DNA of 64,000 nucleotides from a virus. How positions within the stretch are numbered: position 1 is the first letter of the stretch; every line of letters begins with the position of its first letter. A program made the position numbers and the translations under genes. The notes under the pieces are model-generated. The model was not told where the DNA came from. It saw only the letters and a list, made by a program, of their open reading frames with translations, and did no database searches. Below are positions 1 to 7,809 of this stretch, piece after piece. Where the stretch lies: the IMG/VR virus record IMGVR_UViG_3300045988_015843; one strand, written 5' to 3'.

Positions 1-24
1 GAACTACTTTGCCAGTCAATCTAT

Positions 25-1056
25 TTACGATATTGCTGTATTCGCAAACCACTCTTCAGGATTAGACATCCATTTTTTACTGTAATACGGACTTTTCATA
101 TCCGTCAAGTTTATCAAATGTTCAGTGTATGGGTTTATTTTTTCGAGAGATCCGTTATGCAGAAAATCGTTCACTATATCAGTCTCATCTCTAAATAACT
201 CGGGATTAACATTGTAATAATGGATATTATCGTTATATACACTAAGTGGCTTCATAGTATTCCAAACTGTATGCTCATGCCCATCGGGATAGACCGTTGC
301 GCCATAGTTATATTCATTAGCTCTGTTAATAACAGCATGTGTAGTTTCATGTGCGAGCTAACCTTTCCTATACATATCGAACGGATACATCATTCTAGTG
401 TCAGGTCCACGAAACACCTTAGTTACTACACTATTATTATACGGCTAAAACTCTGCTTCGCTGCCATAATAATGCCTAACCGGTTTAATAGATGGTTTGA
501 CATCATTAAAGCCAGGATACAACTTTTTACCAATATAATTATGTACAAGGTCATCATACACGTAATTCATGTAATCAGATTCTTTCTTTGTACGACGTTG
601 TATAGCACGGTCTATTGGACCAAATGCGTAGTTTCCTCTAAACATTTCACGTATAGATGTTGCTGGATACTTCAACATATCATTCAAGAACGGACTTTTT
701 ATATTTAGATTTTTCGCATATTTATTAAGCGCGTGGCCACCGGCACCACCAGCTATACCAGCTAGCATCACTGTGGGATATTTAACATAATCTGGAAGAT
801 TTTGGTCTTTCATAAGCGCATACGCTCCGGCCTCAGAACCGACACCAACAACCGCAGGATGTAGTATAGAATCTAAATTGTTAAGAGGCTTTAGTTCTGG
901 AAGCGTCTGTATACTCATCAACTAGTCCATATCATGAACCGGAGTGCTACGTTTAAATAACCATGGCTTTAAATAATTCATCGCAGGGACATAATATCCA
1001 GGGTTCAATGCATTACCAATGAGTTGACTTGTATAATCAGCTGTGTTCTCACTCAA
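25..1056 (-). CDS. HExxH zincin-motif protein (about 343 aa if TAG is read through); N-terminus uncertain
   Basis: Track ORFs 25..255(-) and 445..921(-) share one frame and are separated only by TAG (plus-strand cta at 358-360, 445-447, 922-924). The first in-frame TAA upstream is 1075-1077. The joined product contains 'KGQLAHETTHAVINRANEY' (HExxH). The start could be TTG 1054-1056 or ATG 979-981; the stop is TAA 25-27. Confidence 0.55.
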
Positions 1057-1064
1057 CCCAATTC

Positions 1065-1553
1065 TTATAGAGGATTACTAAACAACCTCTAACCTGCTTC
1101 TGAATAATCGTAACCAGTTGTTGCTTTCAATGCTGCATCAGCACCTAATCCGTACAATACCTGATTTGTAAACTATTGCACAGCTGGATTACCACCAAGT
1201 ACCAACCCGGCTCCGTATATCTCAGGTAGCCATAGCGGTGCTGTAGCAGCTCCGACAGTACCCATTATAACTTTGTCAACATTCCCAGCAGTCTATTGCA
1301 TTCTACGCTGACCATATTGTCTCCAATAATCTGGTGCGGCTTTATTGATCTACCCACCTGTTTTAGGATCGTATTTAACAGTTACTTCATCTAATGGATG
1401 TTCAACGTTGTACGTATTACCAGATGCATCAGCCCACTGACCTGAATCATTCATATACGTATATGTTGGAGATCCATTGACACTGTTTAAGAAAGCTGGC
1501 AACCACTAATTACCAACCTTCATTACTTTATTTGTTTGTCTTATTTTAGGCAT
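1065..1553 (-). CDS. hypothetical protein, 162 aa with 5 in-frame TAG
   Basis: Hand translation from ATG (plus cat 1551-1553) to TAA (plus tta 1065-1067) gives 'MPKIRQTNKVMKVGN*WLPAFLNSVNG...'. The only interruptions are TAG (plus cta 1506-1508, 1350-1352, 1293-1295, 1173-1175, 1089-1091). It is absent from the ORF track because every piece is under 60 aa. Confidence 0.5.
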
Positions 1554-1554
1554 A

Positions 1555-1582
1555 ATAAAAAAGAGCCTACTTAACGTAGGCC
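1555..1582 (-). terminator. intrinsic-terminator-like hairpin (minus strand)
   Basis: GCCTAC (1565-1570) pairs with GTAGGC (1576-1581) around a 5-nt loop. On the minus strand a T-run (CTCTTTTTT) follows. It sits just downstream of 1624..2310(-). Confidence 0.5.
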
Positions 1583-1623
1583 CTGAATAAATTTGTTTAA
1601 GTATTATAGATCTAATATATTTG

Positions 1624-2310
1624 TTATGCCCTCATCTTCATGGGACTTTTTGTTATCTCCAGAGGAAGCATTTGATCTACGAAATCAATTAGATAAAGAT
1701 GTTCTTTTCCGTATATCTGATCTTTTGGAACAGTATTCATAATCTTTCTGTTGTACTTTTTAGCTTGAGACTCAAGAGATCCTTTGAAGTAATTCTTGAA
1801 AGACATTGTACCGTGTAACTCGTGGCAATTACCACTCCAAGGAGCATCCTTAGCGAATAGATAACCTCTGTTGTATAAACTATCATTGTTGTTACAAATA
1901 CCATTCGTCCATTCTTTATACGACTTTATTCCAACTCTCCATAAGTTAGGATAAAAGTCACATAGAGAACAATGACAATAATCATTTACACTCTCAGCTA
2001 TGAATCTTTTCTCAACAGCCTTTGAGCCTTTTTCAAGCCATATACGATAAATAGCGTCTGGATATAGTCTATCGAAGAAGTCACATATGCACTGTATTGA
2101 TGCGAATGTTTCATCAAACTCTGCAGCACCATGACATACTCTCCATTTATTTCCATCTCTACAAACACGTACATCAAACATACGAACTCCATGCTCATAC
2201 TGTTCAGCTATGTTCATGTTCTGAGCTTTCCATGTTCTACGCACTAAAGACTTATTGTATATACCCTTAGTAGCTTTATGGAACGTATAACTATCATGTG
2301 ATCCTATCAT
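1624..2310 (-). CDS. PLC-like phosphodiesterase (PI-PLC X-domain-like)
   Basis: Intact 228-aa ORF with no TAG. 'MIGSHDSYTF' and 'GVRMFDVRV' resemble the two catalytic-His regions of bacterial PI-PLC ('PGTHDSGTF', 'GIRIFDIR'), recalled from memory. Confidence 0.6.
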   Translation of the reverse strand: MIGSHDSYTFHKATKGIYNKSLVRRTWKAQNMNIAEQYEHGVRMFDVRVCRDGNKWRVCHGAAEFDETFASIQCICDFFDRLYPDAIYRIWLEKGSKAVEKRFIAESVNDYCHCSLCDFYPNLWRVGIKSYKEWTNGICNNNDSLYNRGYLFAKDAPWSGNCHELHGTMSFKNYFKGSLESQAKKYNRKIMNTVPKDQIYGKEHLYLIDFVDQMLPLEITKSPMKMRA

Positions 2311-2567
2311 ACCTCAGTCGCTTTTAACAGTTCGATATATTTGTTTCGTAACTCATCATCTTTAACTGGATCTAAGATCTTATCCCAATCCAACACAGAT
2401 GGCTCATCTTTTGTTTCAGCCTCATATTTAGCAATAATAGCTTGTTTCGTATCTTCATCAAGCTTATCATTATCAGCTGATATAATTGATGCAAATGCTA
2501 TATACATAAGCTGTTTAGACAACGAAGTATTTACATCAATGTTATTTGTATGTTCTATATTATCCAT
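2307..2567 (-). CDS. hypothetical acidic protein (86 aa)
   Basis: Intact ORF whose stop overlaps the start of the downstream gene by 4 nt, consistent with operon packing. Confidence 0.55.
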   Translation of the reverse strand: MDNIEHTNNIDVNTSLSKQLMYIAFASIISADNDKLDEDTKQAIIAKYEAETKDEPSVLDWDKILDPVKDDELRNKYIELLKATEV

Positions 2568-3012
2568 GATTTTTATTTTTAGATTTTTTCAATGGTACAA
2601 ACGCATATTCACACGCATATGATGATATCATTTTTTTCTTTTTGTTTTTATTTTTATCTGCAGCTGGATATTTGCCAACCTCAAACAGGTTATCTGATGT
2701 ATATAACTTACCTATTGGCACTAACTCTATTGGTTTACCAGTGTACCAAACCTCGCCTGTTATATGAGCATCTGGACATTGTTTTTTCGTAGGTTTATGA
2801 ACCTTTATCTTCTAATTAACTGGCACATATACTACGTATGAATAATTAAAGCGAAGTGTGCCTTGCGCAGCCAAACATCCTATCAACGAGTCACTGAAGC
2901 ATAATCTAGGAGTTTTGTTATCTTCATGACCATTCTCGGTGAGACCATTGATAGGAATGGTTGGTGTCATCGTTATCTTATCTGCATAAAAACTATCAAT
3001 CCTGTATAACAT
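2560..3012 (-). CDS. hypothetical protein, 150 aa with one in-frame TAG
   Basis: Track ORF 2812..3012(-) ends at TAG (plus cta 2812-2814). The same frame stays open for 83 more codons ('KIKVHKPTKKQCPDAHITGEVWYTGKPIELVPIGKLYTSDNLFEVGKYPAADK...') to TAA at 2560-2562, and that stretch has no start codon of its own. Confidence 0.5.
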
Positions 3013-3808
3013 CGTTTAGTATATCTGATATTTGATGTGCTATTAGTTGAGCATCTGGATGAGCTCCTTTAGCTAATCTTAACTTTAACATTTTATCCCA
3101 ATCATCTATGAATCCTGTCATAACAAACTCAGTCTTAATTCCACAAGGGAGAAGATCTCTAGCTCGTTCAGCTTTCAAACCTTTAGATAACAAGGTCTTA
3201 TATACGGATTCAGATGCTGTTATATGATCTTTAAACAGCTTCTTTGTTTCAGCATCATACGTATTCCAGTCAGACGGATAGATATATTCAAGATCTCCGT
3301 TATACGTAACATACCTTGTACTTTCTTGCAGGAATGAAAATACTCTATGTCTCATGAATGATTGAGAGTTAATCCTGTTGCACGTAATCCTGAATGAATA
3401 ACGCTTTACGTGAAGCTTATGGGGCTCTGTGAGATATTTGAGATCGTAAGTCCAACCATTCTCGATAACCATTCGATAGTTTGTTGTTATGTATGCATTT
3501 CCATCAAACTCGATAACTCTAGAATACTTGTTTTGTTGATACATCTTAACCATCCCTTTGTACAACTTCTCGGTTTTAGGTATTGTCAAATAGATCGTAG
3601 CATGCTCTAATGCTGCACCATGGTTGTACGATATGAGTTTATTAGTAAATGCCTCAGCTGTTGTAGAACGCCCATTCTCATCAAAAGACATATTCTTCTC
3701 TGATTTGTACGAAGTTCTACCAGCAAGCTCAACCATTTCGAATATTCCAAGTTTGTCGTACTGCTGAGTAAGTAATTCAACATGTGGTTTAATCATCTTC
3801 ATAATCAA
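2996..3808 (-). CDS. thyX: FAD-dependent thymidylate synthase ThyX
   Basis: 270-aa intact ORF containing 'MRHRVFSFLQESTRY', which matches the ThyX signature RHRxxSxxxxSxR. Confidence 0.9.
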   Translation of the reverse strand: MIMKMIKPHVELLTQQYDKLGIFEMVELAGRTSYKSEKNMSFDENGRSTTAEAFTNKLISYNHGAALEHATIYLTIPKTEKLYKGMVKMYQQNKYSRVIEFDGNAYITTNYRMVIENGWTYDLKYLTEPHKLHVKRYSFRITCNRINSQSFMRHRVFSFLQESTRYVTYNGDLEYIYPSDWNTYDAETKKLFKDHITASESVYKTLLSKGLKAERARDLLPCGIKTEFVMTGFIDDWDKMLKLRLAKGAHPDAQLIAHQISDILNDVIQD

Positions 3809-3873
3809 CGTTGTTATATATTCTTAATAACTTCTTCTATGCTTGTATCATGCGATCAACAGATTTTACATAT

Positions 3874-4350
3874 TCAGGATCTGTTGCTGTTGATTTTAGC
3901 CTAGACGTGCGCTACATATTTTGTGCACTCTTTTGTTTCTGGTCCGTGTTCTCCTTGTGTGACATAGTGATATGATTGATTCTATTTAAACTCGTTGTAT
4001 TTTCTATATGCTTTGCTTCGTATGTATCTATCACTATCTCGATGTATGTGTTTTAACATAGACTCTCCTGTAACGCATCCTGAGACTCCTAGGTTGCAAA
4101 TATTGTCTAAAAAAGATAAAATTCCATCTTCTCCAAACTATTTTTTTAATATTCCATATGTCTCTGTTGCTTGTACAACATAAGGATTGTGTTTATCGTA
4201 CATTGGATCAACACCAGCTATATACGAAATATTCATAGGAATCTTGTGTATATAGAAATATTTGCATGTATCTGTTACAGGAACTGATTTCTACTACATA
4301 GATAAGAAATCCGCATAATACAAAATAGCACTTAATTCAAACTTATTCAT
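3874..4350 (-). CDS. hypothetical protein, 158 aa with 5 in-frame TAG; weak DUF4065/Panacea-like N-terminus
   Basis: Hand translation from ATG (plus cat 4348-4350) to TGA (plus tca 3874-3876) gives 'MNKFELSAILYYADFLSM**KSVPVTDTCKYFYIHKIPMNISYIAGVDPMYDKHNPYVVQATETYGILKK*FGEDG...'. The only interruptions are TAG, including a TAG-TAG pair (plus ctacta 4291-4296). The 'LYYADFLS...PVTD' pattern recalls DUF4065 proteins; this is a weak, memory-based call. Confidence 0.4.
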
Positions 4351-4355
4351 GTTAT

Positions 4356-4547
4356 CTAATATAATCTAATTAGTCTCATGAGTCTATGTAGGGACGTAAG
4401 AAGTAATATTATATAGTCTTACTTTCCTAAGGAGACTCATGTTATATTATATATAGTCTTACTTATTATCATGAGACTCATGTATATATTATTAGTCTTA
4501 CTATTCTACTTAGACTCATGTTATTATATTAGCTAATATAATCTAAT
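4356..4547. repeat. iteron array in the divergent intergenic region (candidate origin or operator region)
   Basis: The core AGACTCATGT occurs at 4433-4442, 4474-4483 and 4512-4521 (spacing 41 and 38 bp). TAGTCTTACT occurs at 4414-4423, 4454-4463 and 4493-4502 (spacing 40 and 39 bp). A related palindromic copy, CTCATGAG, lies at about 4375-4382. The array is bracketed by the 15-bp direct repeat CTAATATAATCTAAT at 4356-4370 and 4533-4547. Confidence 0.7.
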
Positions 4548-4636
4548 ATAGTTTATATATAATATAATATTCCCCCGAAGCTCTCGTGGCTGTAACGTAT
4601 TAACTAAGCGTTTTGGTTTCACAAGCTATGAAAAAA

Positions 4637-4667
4637 TTTATAAAAAAATAAATTTTTAATATTTTTG
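4637..4667 (+). promoter_or_regulatory. candidate Bacteroidota-type promoter (-7 box TAnnTTTG)
   Basis: TATTTTTG at 4660-4667 matches the Bacteroides -7 consensus TAnnTTTG and lies about 58 nt upstream of the ATG at 4726. A TTTA at 4637-4640 is only a partial -33 (TTTG) match. Confidence 0.3.
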
Positions 4668-4725
4668 CAACCAAAATGCGCACTTCATACGTTACTGCCC
4701 CAGTAATTTAAAACAACAGATTGCT

Positions 4726-5130
4726 ATGACAAAGAAATTAGAAGTGATTGAACCGTTCTTCGGACTTGAACTTGGTGATGTTATGAATCTCTCTGATGAC
4801 GAAAAGTCTTATGTTGCAGAGTATAATTCTGCATACAAGGAGAATGACGATGATGATTCTTCTGTAAAGGCTACCTATTCGTCCAAGTGCTCTATCTCTG
4901 TCGATTATGCAAAAGAGCTTATTGACGAGGGCATGCTTAAGGAGCTCATTGATAAATCAGAGCCGTTTATAAATGTGTTTGATGAGATCGATTCATTGAT
5001 TGAGAAGTATACGTATGACCTGAACAAGGTTGATACACAGGATATGCCTGAGTGTATGAAGGTCGAACAACGTACAGTGATGCTTAATCTCATCAAAGTT
5101 CTTAACTATTTAAAGGGTCTTAAGAAGTAA
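4726..5130 (+). CDS. hypothetical acidic early protein (134 aa)
   Basis: Intact ORF, first gene after the control region, stop TAA. No recognisable motif. Confidence 0.65.
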   Translation: MTKKLEVIEPFFGLELGDVMNLSDDEKSYVAEYNSAYKENDDDDSSVKATYSSKCSISVDYAKELIDEGMLKELIDKSEPFINVFDEIDSLIEKYTYDLNKVDTQDMPECMKVEQRTVMLNLIKVLNYLKGLKK

Positions 5131-5546
5131 TGCAAGAGAAGATTAATCAGAAACCTTTAGCTGAGGATGTAAGTAATAAGATCAAATATGAGTTCTTTGA
5201 CAGCTTTTTAGTAAAGCCGCTTACACCAGTAAAGGTCAAGAAGGAATTCAGTACACCGATTGCGACAGATAAGCCTAAGGCTGATAAGAACGGAATCGAG
5301 GCAACTGATTATGATAAAGTAAAGAAAGAAGTTAAAGAGGTTGATTCAGACTATTTAACAGGTATTGTACTTAAGGTTCCATACAGATATACTAAATGGA
5401 TGGGTAATGAGAAGAGTTATGATCTTCCTCCGATACATGTTGGAGATACGATTTTCTATAAAGCCAGACACTTTGAGTACTTCGATCTTGTTAAAGACTC
5501 TCATCTAGTACGACAATTTGACATTATCGGAAAGGTCCATGATTGA
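5130..5546 (+). CDS. hypothetical protein with a weak GroES/Cpn10-like pattern
   Basis: Intact 138-aa ORF whose start overlaps the upstream stop (TAATG). 'FLVKPL...', 'LTGIVLKVP' and 'IHVGDTIFYKARHFEYFDL...LVRQFDIIGKV' follow the spacing of co-chaperonin motifs. Similarity is judged by eye only. Confidence 0.55.
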   Translation: MQEKINQKPLAEDVSNKIKYEFFDSFLVKPLTPVKVKKEFSTPIATDKPKADKNGIEATDYDKVKKEVKEVDSDYLTGIVLKVPYRYTKWMGNEKSYDLPPIHVGDTIFYKARHFEYFDLVKDSHLVRQFDIIGKVHD

Positions 5547-5748
5547 TGTTAATAGTTTGAGCAATCAAATATCTAAAGAACTCAATATTGATAAAAACAT
5601 TGTCAATGATGTTATACACCAGGTATTTGATTGTACAGCAACGATTATGAAAGACCCGAATGATCAAAGAGATATATTGTTTGCTAAGTTATTTAAATTT
5701 AAATTAAAACCAAGATTTAAACATGAAAACGATTGCAGCGACGTATAA
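5539..5748 (+). CDS. small HU/IHF-like DNA-binding protein (weak)
   Basis: ATG 5539 overlaps the upstream TGA (5544-5546); the track start at 5518 is a TTG. 'LSNQISKELNIDKNIVNDVIHQVFDCTATIMK...FKFKLKPR' resembles the HU fold's N-terminal helices and arm. Confidence 0.5.
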   Translation: MIDVNSLSNQISKELNIDKNIVNDVIHQVFDCTATIMKDPNDQRDILFAKLFKFKLKPRFKHENDCSDV

Positions 5749-6052
5749 TTCAGATGTACTTATTGTCGATACAGAAACCGCTAATATCGAACCGCTTGAT
5801 GTACAAAGGAATGCGTGCAACAGAGTATACATGGCTCCTGAAGATATGCATTTCAAGTTCATAGATCGCGACAGGAGTGTTGAAGAGTTCGATGTTAAAG
5901 CTGGCGATATTATACTTGCGTTTTGGGATACAGATTTTCCGCACAAGTATATAAAGATAACATCTGACGAGTGGAAAGAAAACCTCGATAACTATAATAA
6001 ACGAATGAAAGAACTTAAAACAATTAACGATGAAGTCAATGAAGCCTGTTAA
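5723..6052 (+). CDS. hypothetical protein (109 aa)
   Basis: Intact ORF with an ATG start and TAA stop, overlapping both neighbours in an operon-like way. Confidence 0.55.
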   Translation: MKTIAATYNSDVLIVDTETANIEPLDVQRNACNRVYMAPEDMHFKFIDRDRSVEEFDVKAGDIILAFWDTDFPHKYIKITSDEWKENLDNYNKRMKELKTINDEVNEAC

Positions 6053-6392
6053 GAAATATGTGATCGTAGATCTTACAAACGTTGAGAGCCCCAGTGATGT
6101 ATATGCAGCTTTTGTAGAGGCTAAGTGTGGTGTAGAGCCTATCACTAAAGAGGAGATGTTCAACTACGCTATGCACGTCACAGAGCTGATGAATTCAAAC
6201 ATCGTCAAGTCATGCGCTTATCTAGTAGATTATATTGATGCACTGATTGATACAATTGAGAGTGTTTATGATAATGATGATTCTGATGACGCTGAGAATG
6301 CCGTAAAGAAGCGAGAGGGTGAGGAGAATGAGGTTGAGAAGAAGCCTAATATCTTCAAGCGTTTCTGGAACTGGATTACACGTAAGAAATAA
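6030..6392 (+). CDS. hypothetical acidic protein (120 aa)
   Basis: Intact ORF with a TAA stop, followed by the hairpin TGCAGTG-loop-CACTGCA at 6416-6437. Confidence 0.55.
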   Translation: MKSMKPVKKYVIVDLTNVESPSDVYAAFVEAKCGVEPITKEEMFNYAMHVTELMNSNIVKSCAYLVDYIDALIDTIESVYDNDDSDDAENAVKKREGEENEVEKKPNIFKRFWNWITRKK

Positions 6393-6439
6393 ATAGTTGG
6401 TTACTAAAAACTATCTGCAGTGACACACAACACTGCAAT

Positions 6440-6531
6440 GCGGGAGTAGCTTATGAGGTAGAGCAGTGTGAAGTCTGGAATAATATCAGATGAGATCCTC
6501 ATGGAAGCAGGTTCGAGTCCTGCCCCTGCGC
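6440..6531 (+). tRNA. tRNA-like gene, about 92 nt, with a long variable arm and no canonical anticodon arm
   Basis: Acceptor GCGGGAG, then TA, then D-arm GCTT-ATGAGGTA-GAGC. The T-arm GCAGG-TTCGAGT-CCTGC is canonical, and TGAG-ATC-CTCA forms a variable-arm hairpin. The only central hairpin is TCTGG-AATAATA-TCAGA (6474-6490). It has A rather than U at position 33 and lies 8-9 nt too far from the D-arm. The acceptor 3' strand pairs imperfectly. Confidence 0.45.
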
Positions 6532-6544
6532 AAAAAACTACAAT

Positions 6545-6763
6545 ATGCGGCTAAAAGAATCTAATAGACCAAAACATTTGTTGTACGCTATTCCTGCAGC
6601 ATTTGTTGGTACGATATTATTCAGTACAGGTCTAGCGTTTGGAATGGAGTTTAAAGACAAACAATGGGGAGGTAAGTTCGATTGGCTTGATATAGCTGCT
6701 ACAGAAATAGGTGGTTTAATCGGACAAGCACTTCAAATAGGAGTGATTTCATTATTTGTTTAA
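6545..6763 (+). CDS. small membrane protein (72 aa, two hydrophobic segments)
   Basis: Intact ORF. 'LLYAIPAAFVGTILFSTGLAFGM' and 'IGGLIGQALQIGVISLFV' are hydrophobic helices. Confidence 0.55.
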   Translation: MRLKESNRPKHLLYAIPAAFVGTILFSTGLAFGMEFKDKQWGGKFDWLDIAATEIGGLIGQALQIGVISLFV

Positions 6764-6830
6764 TTAATTAACCTCCTTAAGAAAGAGGTTAACACTGCCC
6801 TATGGTGTAGCGATTAGCACAAGAGGCTCT

Positions 6831-7809
6831 TTTATCCAATGAATAATTGAATATATGGAAAATAAAATATATAAGCTCTCAGACGAACAGTTTGTTGAGC
6901 TGCTCAAGAATAGTTCGACTATATCTGAAGTGTTATTTAAATTAGGTTATAGTGTAAAGGGTAATTCTTGGGGGTTTGCTAAAGTTAAACAAAGAATGTC
7001 TGATTTAAATTTAGACGGAAGTATATTTAAAGGTAAATCTCCAATTACGAAATATGGTACTTTACACAAAGTAAATGCTTCAGATATATTAAAACCTAAT
7101 TGTAAACATGCTCGTTCTGTTTTAAGACGATATGTCATAAAAAATAATCTAATCCCATATCGATGTGCGATTTGCGGATGTGTTGAATGGCAAGGTCGTA
7201 CATTAAGCTTAGAGCTTGATCATATAAACGGAATCAACAACGATAATCGTATAGAAAATCTACGATTTCTATGTCCGAATTGTCATAGTCAGACAACTAC
7301 TTATGGTAGTAGAAATCAACAAAGAAATGATTCTGAATATGAAATTACAGACGATCTTAGAAATTTAGTTGAAGCTGAGTATCAAAAACGTCGTAATATA
7401 AAACAAGTTTCTTCAGCACTTGGTGTTCGTAGACATGTTGTAAACAGGATTGTTAGCGAAAGCGGTTTGAAAAAATCTAATCAAAAATATGTGATTCGAT
7501 ACGATGAGAACTGGAACGAAATTGCACGATATGGTTCTTTGATAGAGACTGCAAAGCAACTTATTCTCAACAACGAAGTTAAAACAAAACGAATTAAAAC
7601 ATGTACTCGTACGATCATGTACAATAAGGATAATTTTTGGTTGAACAGTCATTGGAAAATATTGGATGGTAGCGGGATAATAAATAATCCGCTATTAGAA
7701 TCTTCTCTAATTGACTCGGAAGACAATGTTGACGAGGCGCAAGCGAAAGCAGCGTGACAGACTGAACGAGAAGACTGGTCTTAGGACTGGATGCAACAGT
7801 CGATTTATG
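6831..7809 (+). mobile_element. 979-nt intervening sequence in the tRNA anticodon loop (group-I-intron-like, carrying an HNH ORF)
   Basis: The insert sits between anticodon positions 35 and 36. The boundaries follow the group I rule (U before the 5' splice site, terminal G). The 3' 170 nt is GC-richer and has a TAGCGG/CCGCTA stem (7670-7675/7689-7694), a GCGAAAGC GNRA hairpin (about 7743-7750), 'ACAGACTGAA' (7758-7767, resembling the group I R element ACAGACTAAA) and CAGTC (7797-7801), which can pair with GACTG. The ORF fills 903 of the 979 nt, so a complete ribozyme core is not evident. Confidence 0.5.
6855..7757 (+). CDS. HNH homing endonuclease
   Basis: 300-aa intact ORF containing 'CAICGCVEWQGRTLSLELDHINGINNDNRIENLRFLCPNCHSQ' (HNH with CxxC...CxxC). 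The C-terminal half looks like HTH/NUMOD-type DNA-binding modules. No TAG; the stop is TGA. Confidence 0.85.
   Translation: MENKIYKLSDEQFVELLKNSSTISEVLFKLGYSVKGNSWGFAKVKQRMSDLNLDGSIFKGKSPITKYGTLHKVNASDILKPNCKHARSVLRRYVIKNNLIPYRCAICGCVEWQGRTLSLELDHINGINNDNRIENLRFLCPNCHSQTTTYGSRNQQRNDSEYEITDDLRNLVEAEYQKRRNIKQVSSALGVRRHVVNRIVSESGLKKSNQKYVIRYDENWNEIARYGSLIETAKQLILNNEVKTKRIKTCTRTIMYNKDNFWLNSHWKILDGSGIINNPLLESSLIDSEDNVDEAQAKAA

Noticed and set aside
220-708. Plus-strand track ORF of 162 aa, and similar antisense ORFs such as 10736..11188(-), 22482..23015(-), 24118..24750(-), 30775..31173(-), 44522..44800(-) and 52454..52807(-).
   Set aside because: They lie opposite genes with clear motifs or long same-frame continuity. 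Their translations are low-complexity and rich in Cys, Ile, Leu and Ser. They are shadow ORFs typical of AT-rich coding DNA.
2592-2792. Plus-strand ORFs 2592..2792, 2341..2622 and 3995..4183.
   Set aside because: They are opposite minus-strand coding sequence (2307..3012 and 3874..4350 once TAG is read through), and their products are hydrophobic and low-complexity.
4356-4547. The AT-rich repeats as a CRISPR array.
   Set aside because: The units are imperfect, the segments between them are similar to one another rather than unique spacers, there are only about 3 copies, and no cas genes are present. Iterons or operators fit better.
6440-6531. A selenocysteine tRNA, prompted by the 92-nt length, long variable arm and Sec-like T-arm.
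   Set aside because: No UCA anticodon can be placed in a loop, an 8-bp acceptor stem does not form, and TGA behaves as an ordinary stop throughout the window.
6770-6791. The hairpin AACCTC-CTTAAGAAA-GAGGTT as an intrinsic terminator.
   Set aside because: No T-run follows and tRNA exon 1 starts 5 nt later. It may be a processing structure, but I cannot support a specific call.
6796-6830. An isolated 5' tRNA fragment as a relic or attachment-site remnant.
   Set aside because: A matching 3' half with six perfectly complementary acceptor pairs and a compatible anticodon stem lies at 7810-7846, and no integrase is present. The split-gene reading is preferred, although a disrupted pseudogene is kept as an alternative in the finding.
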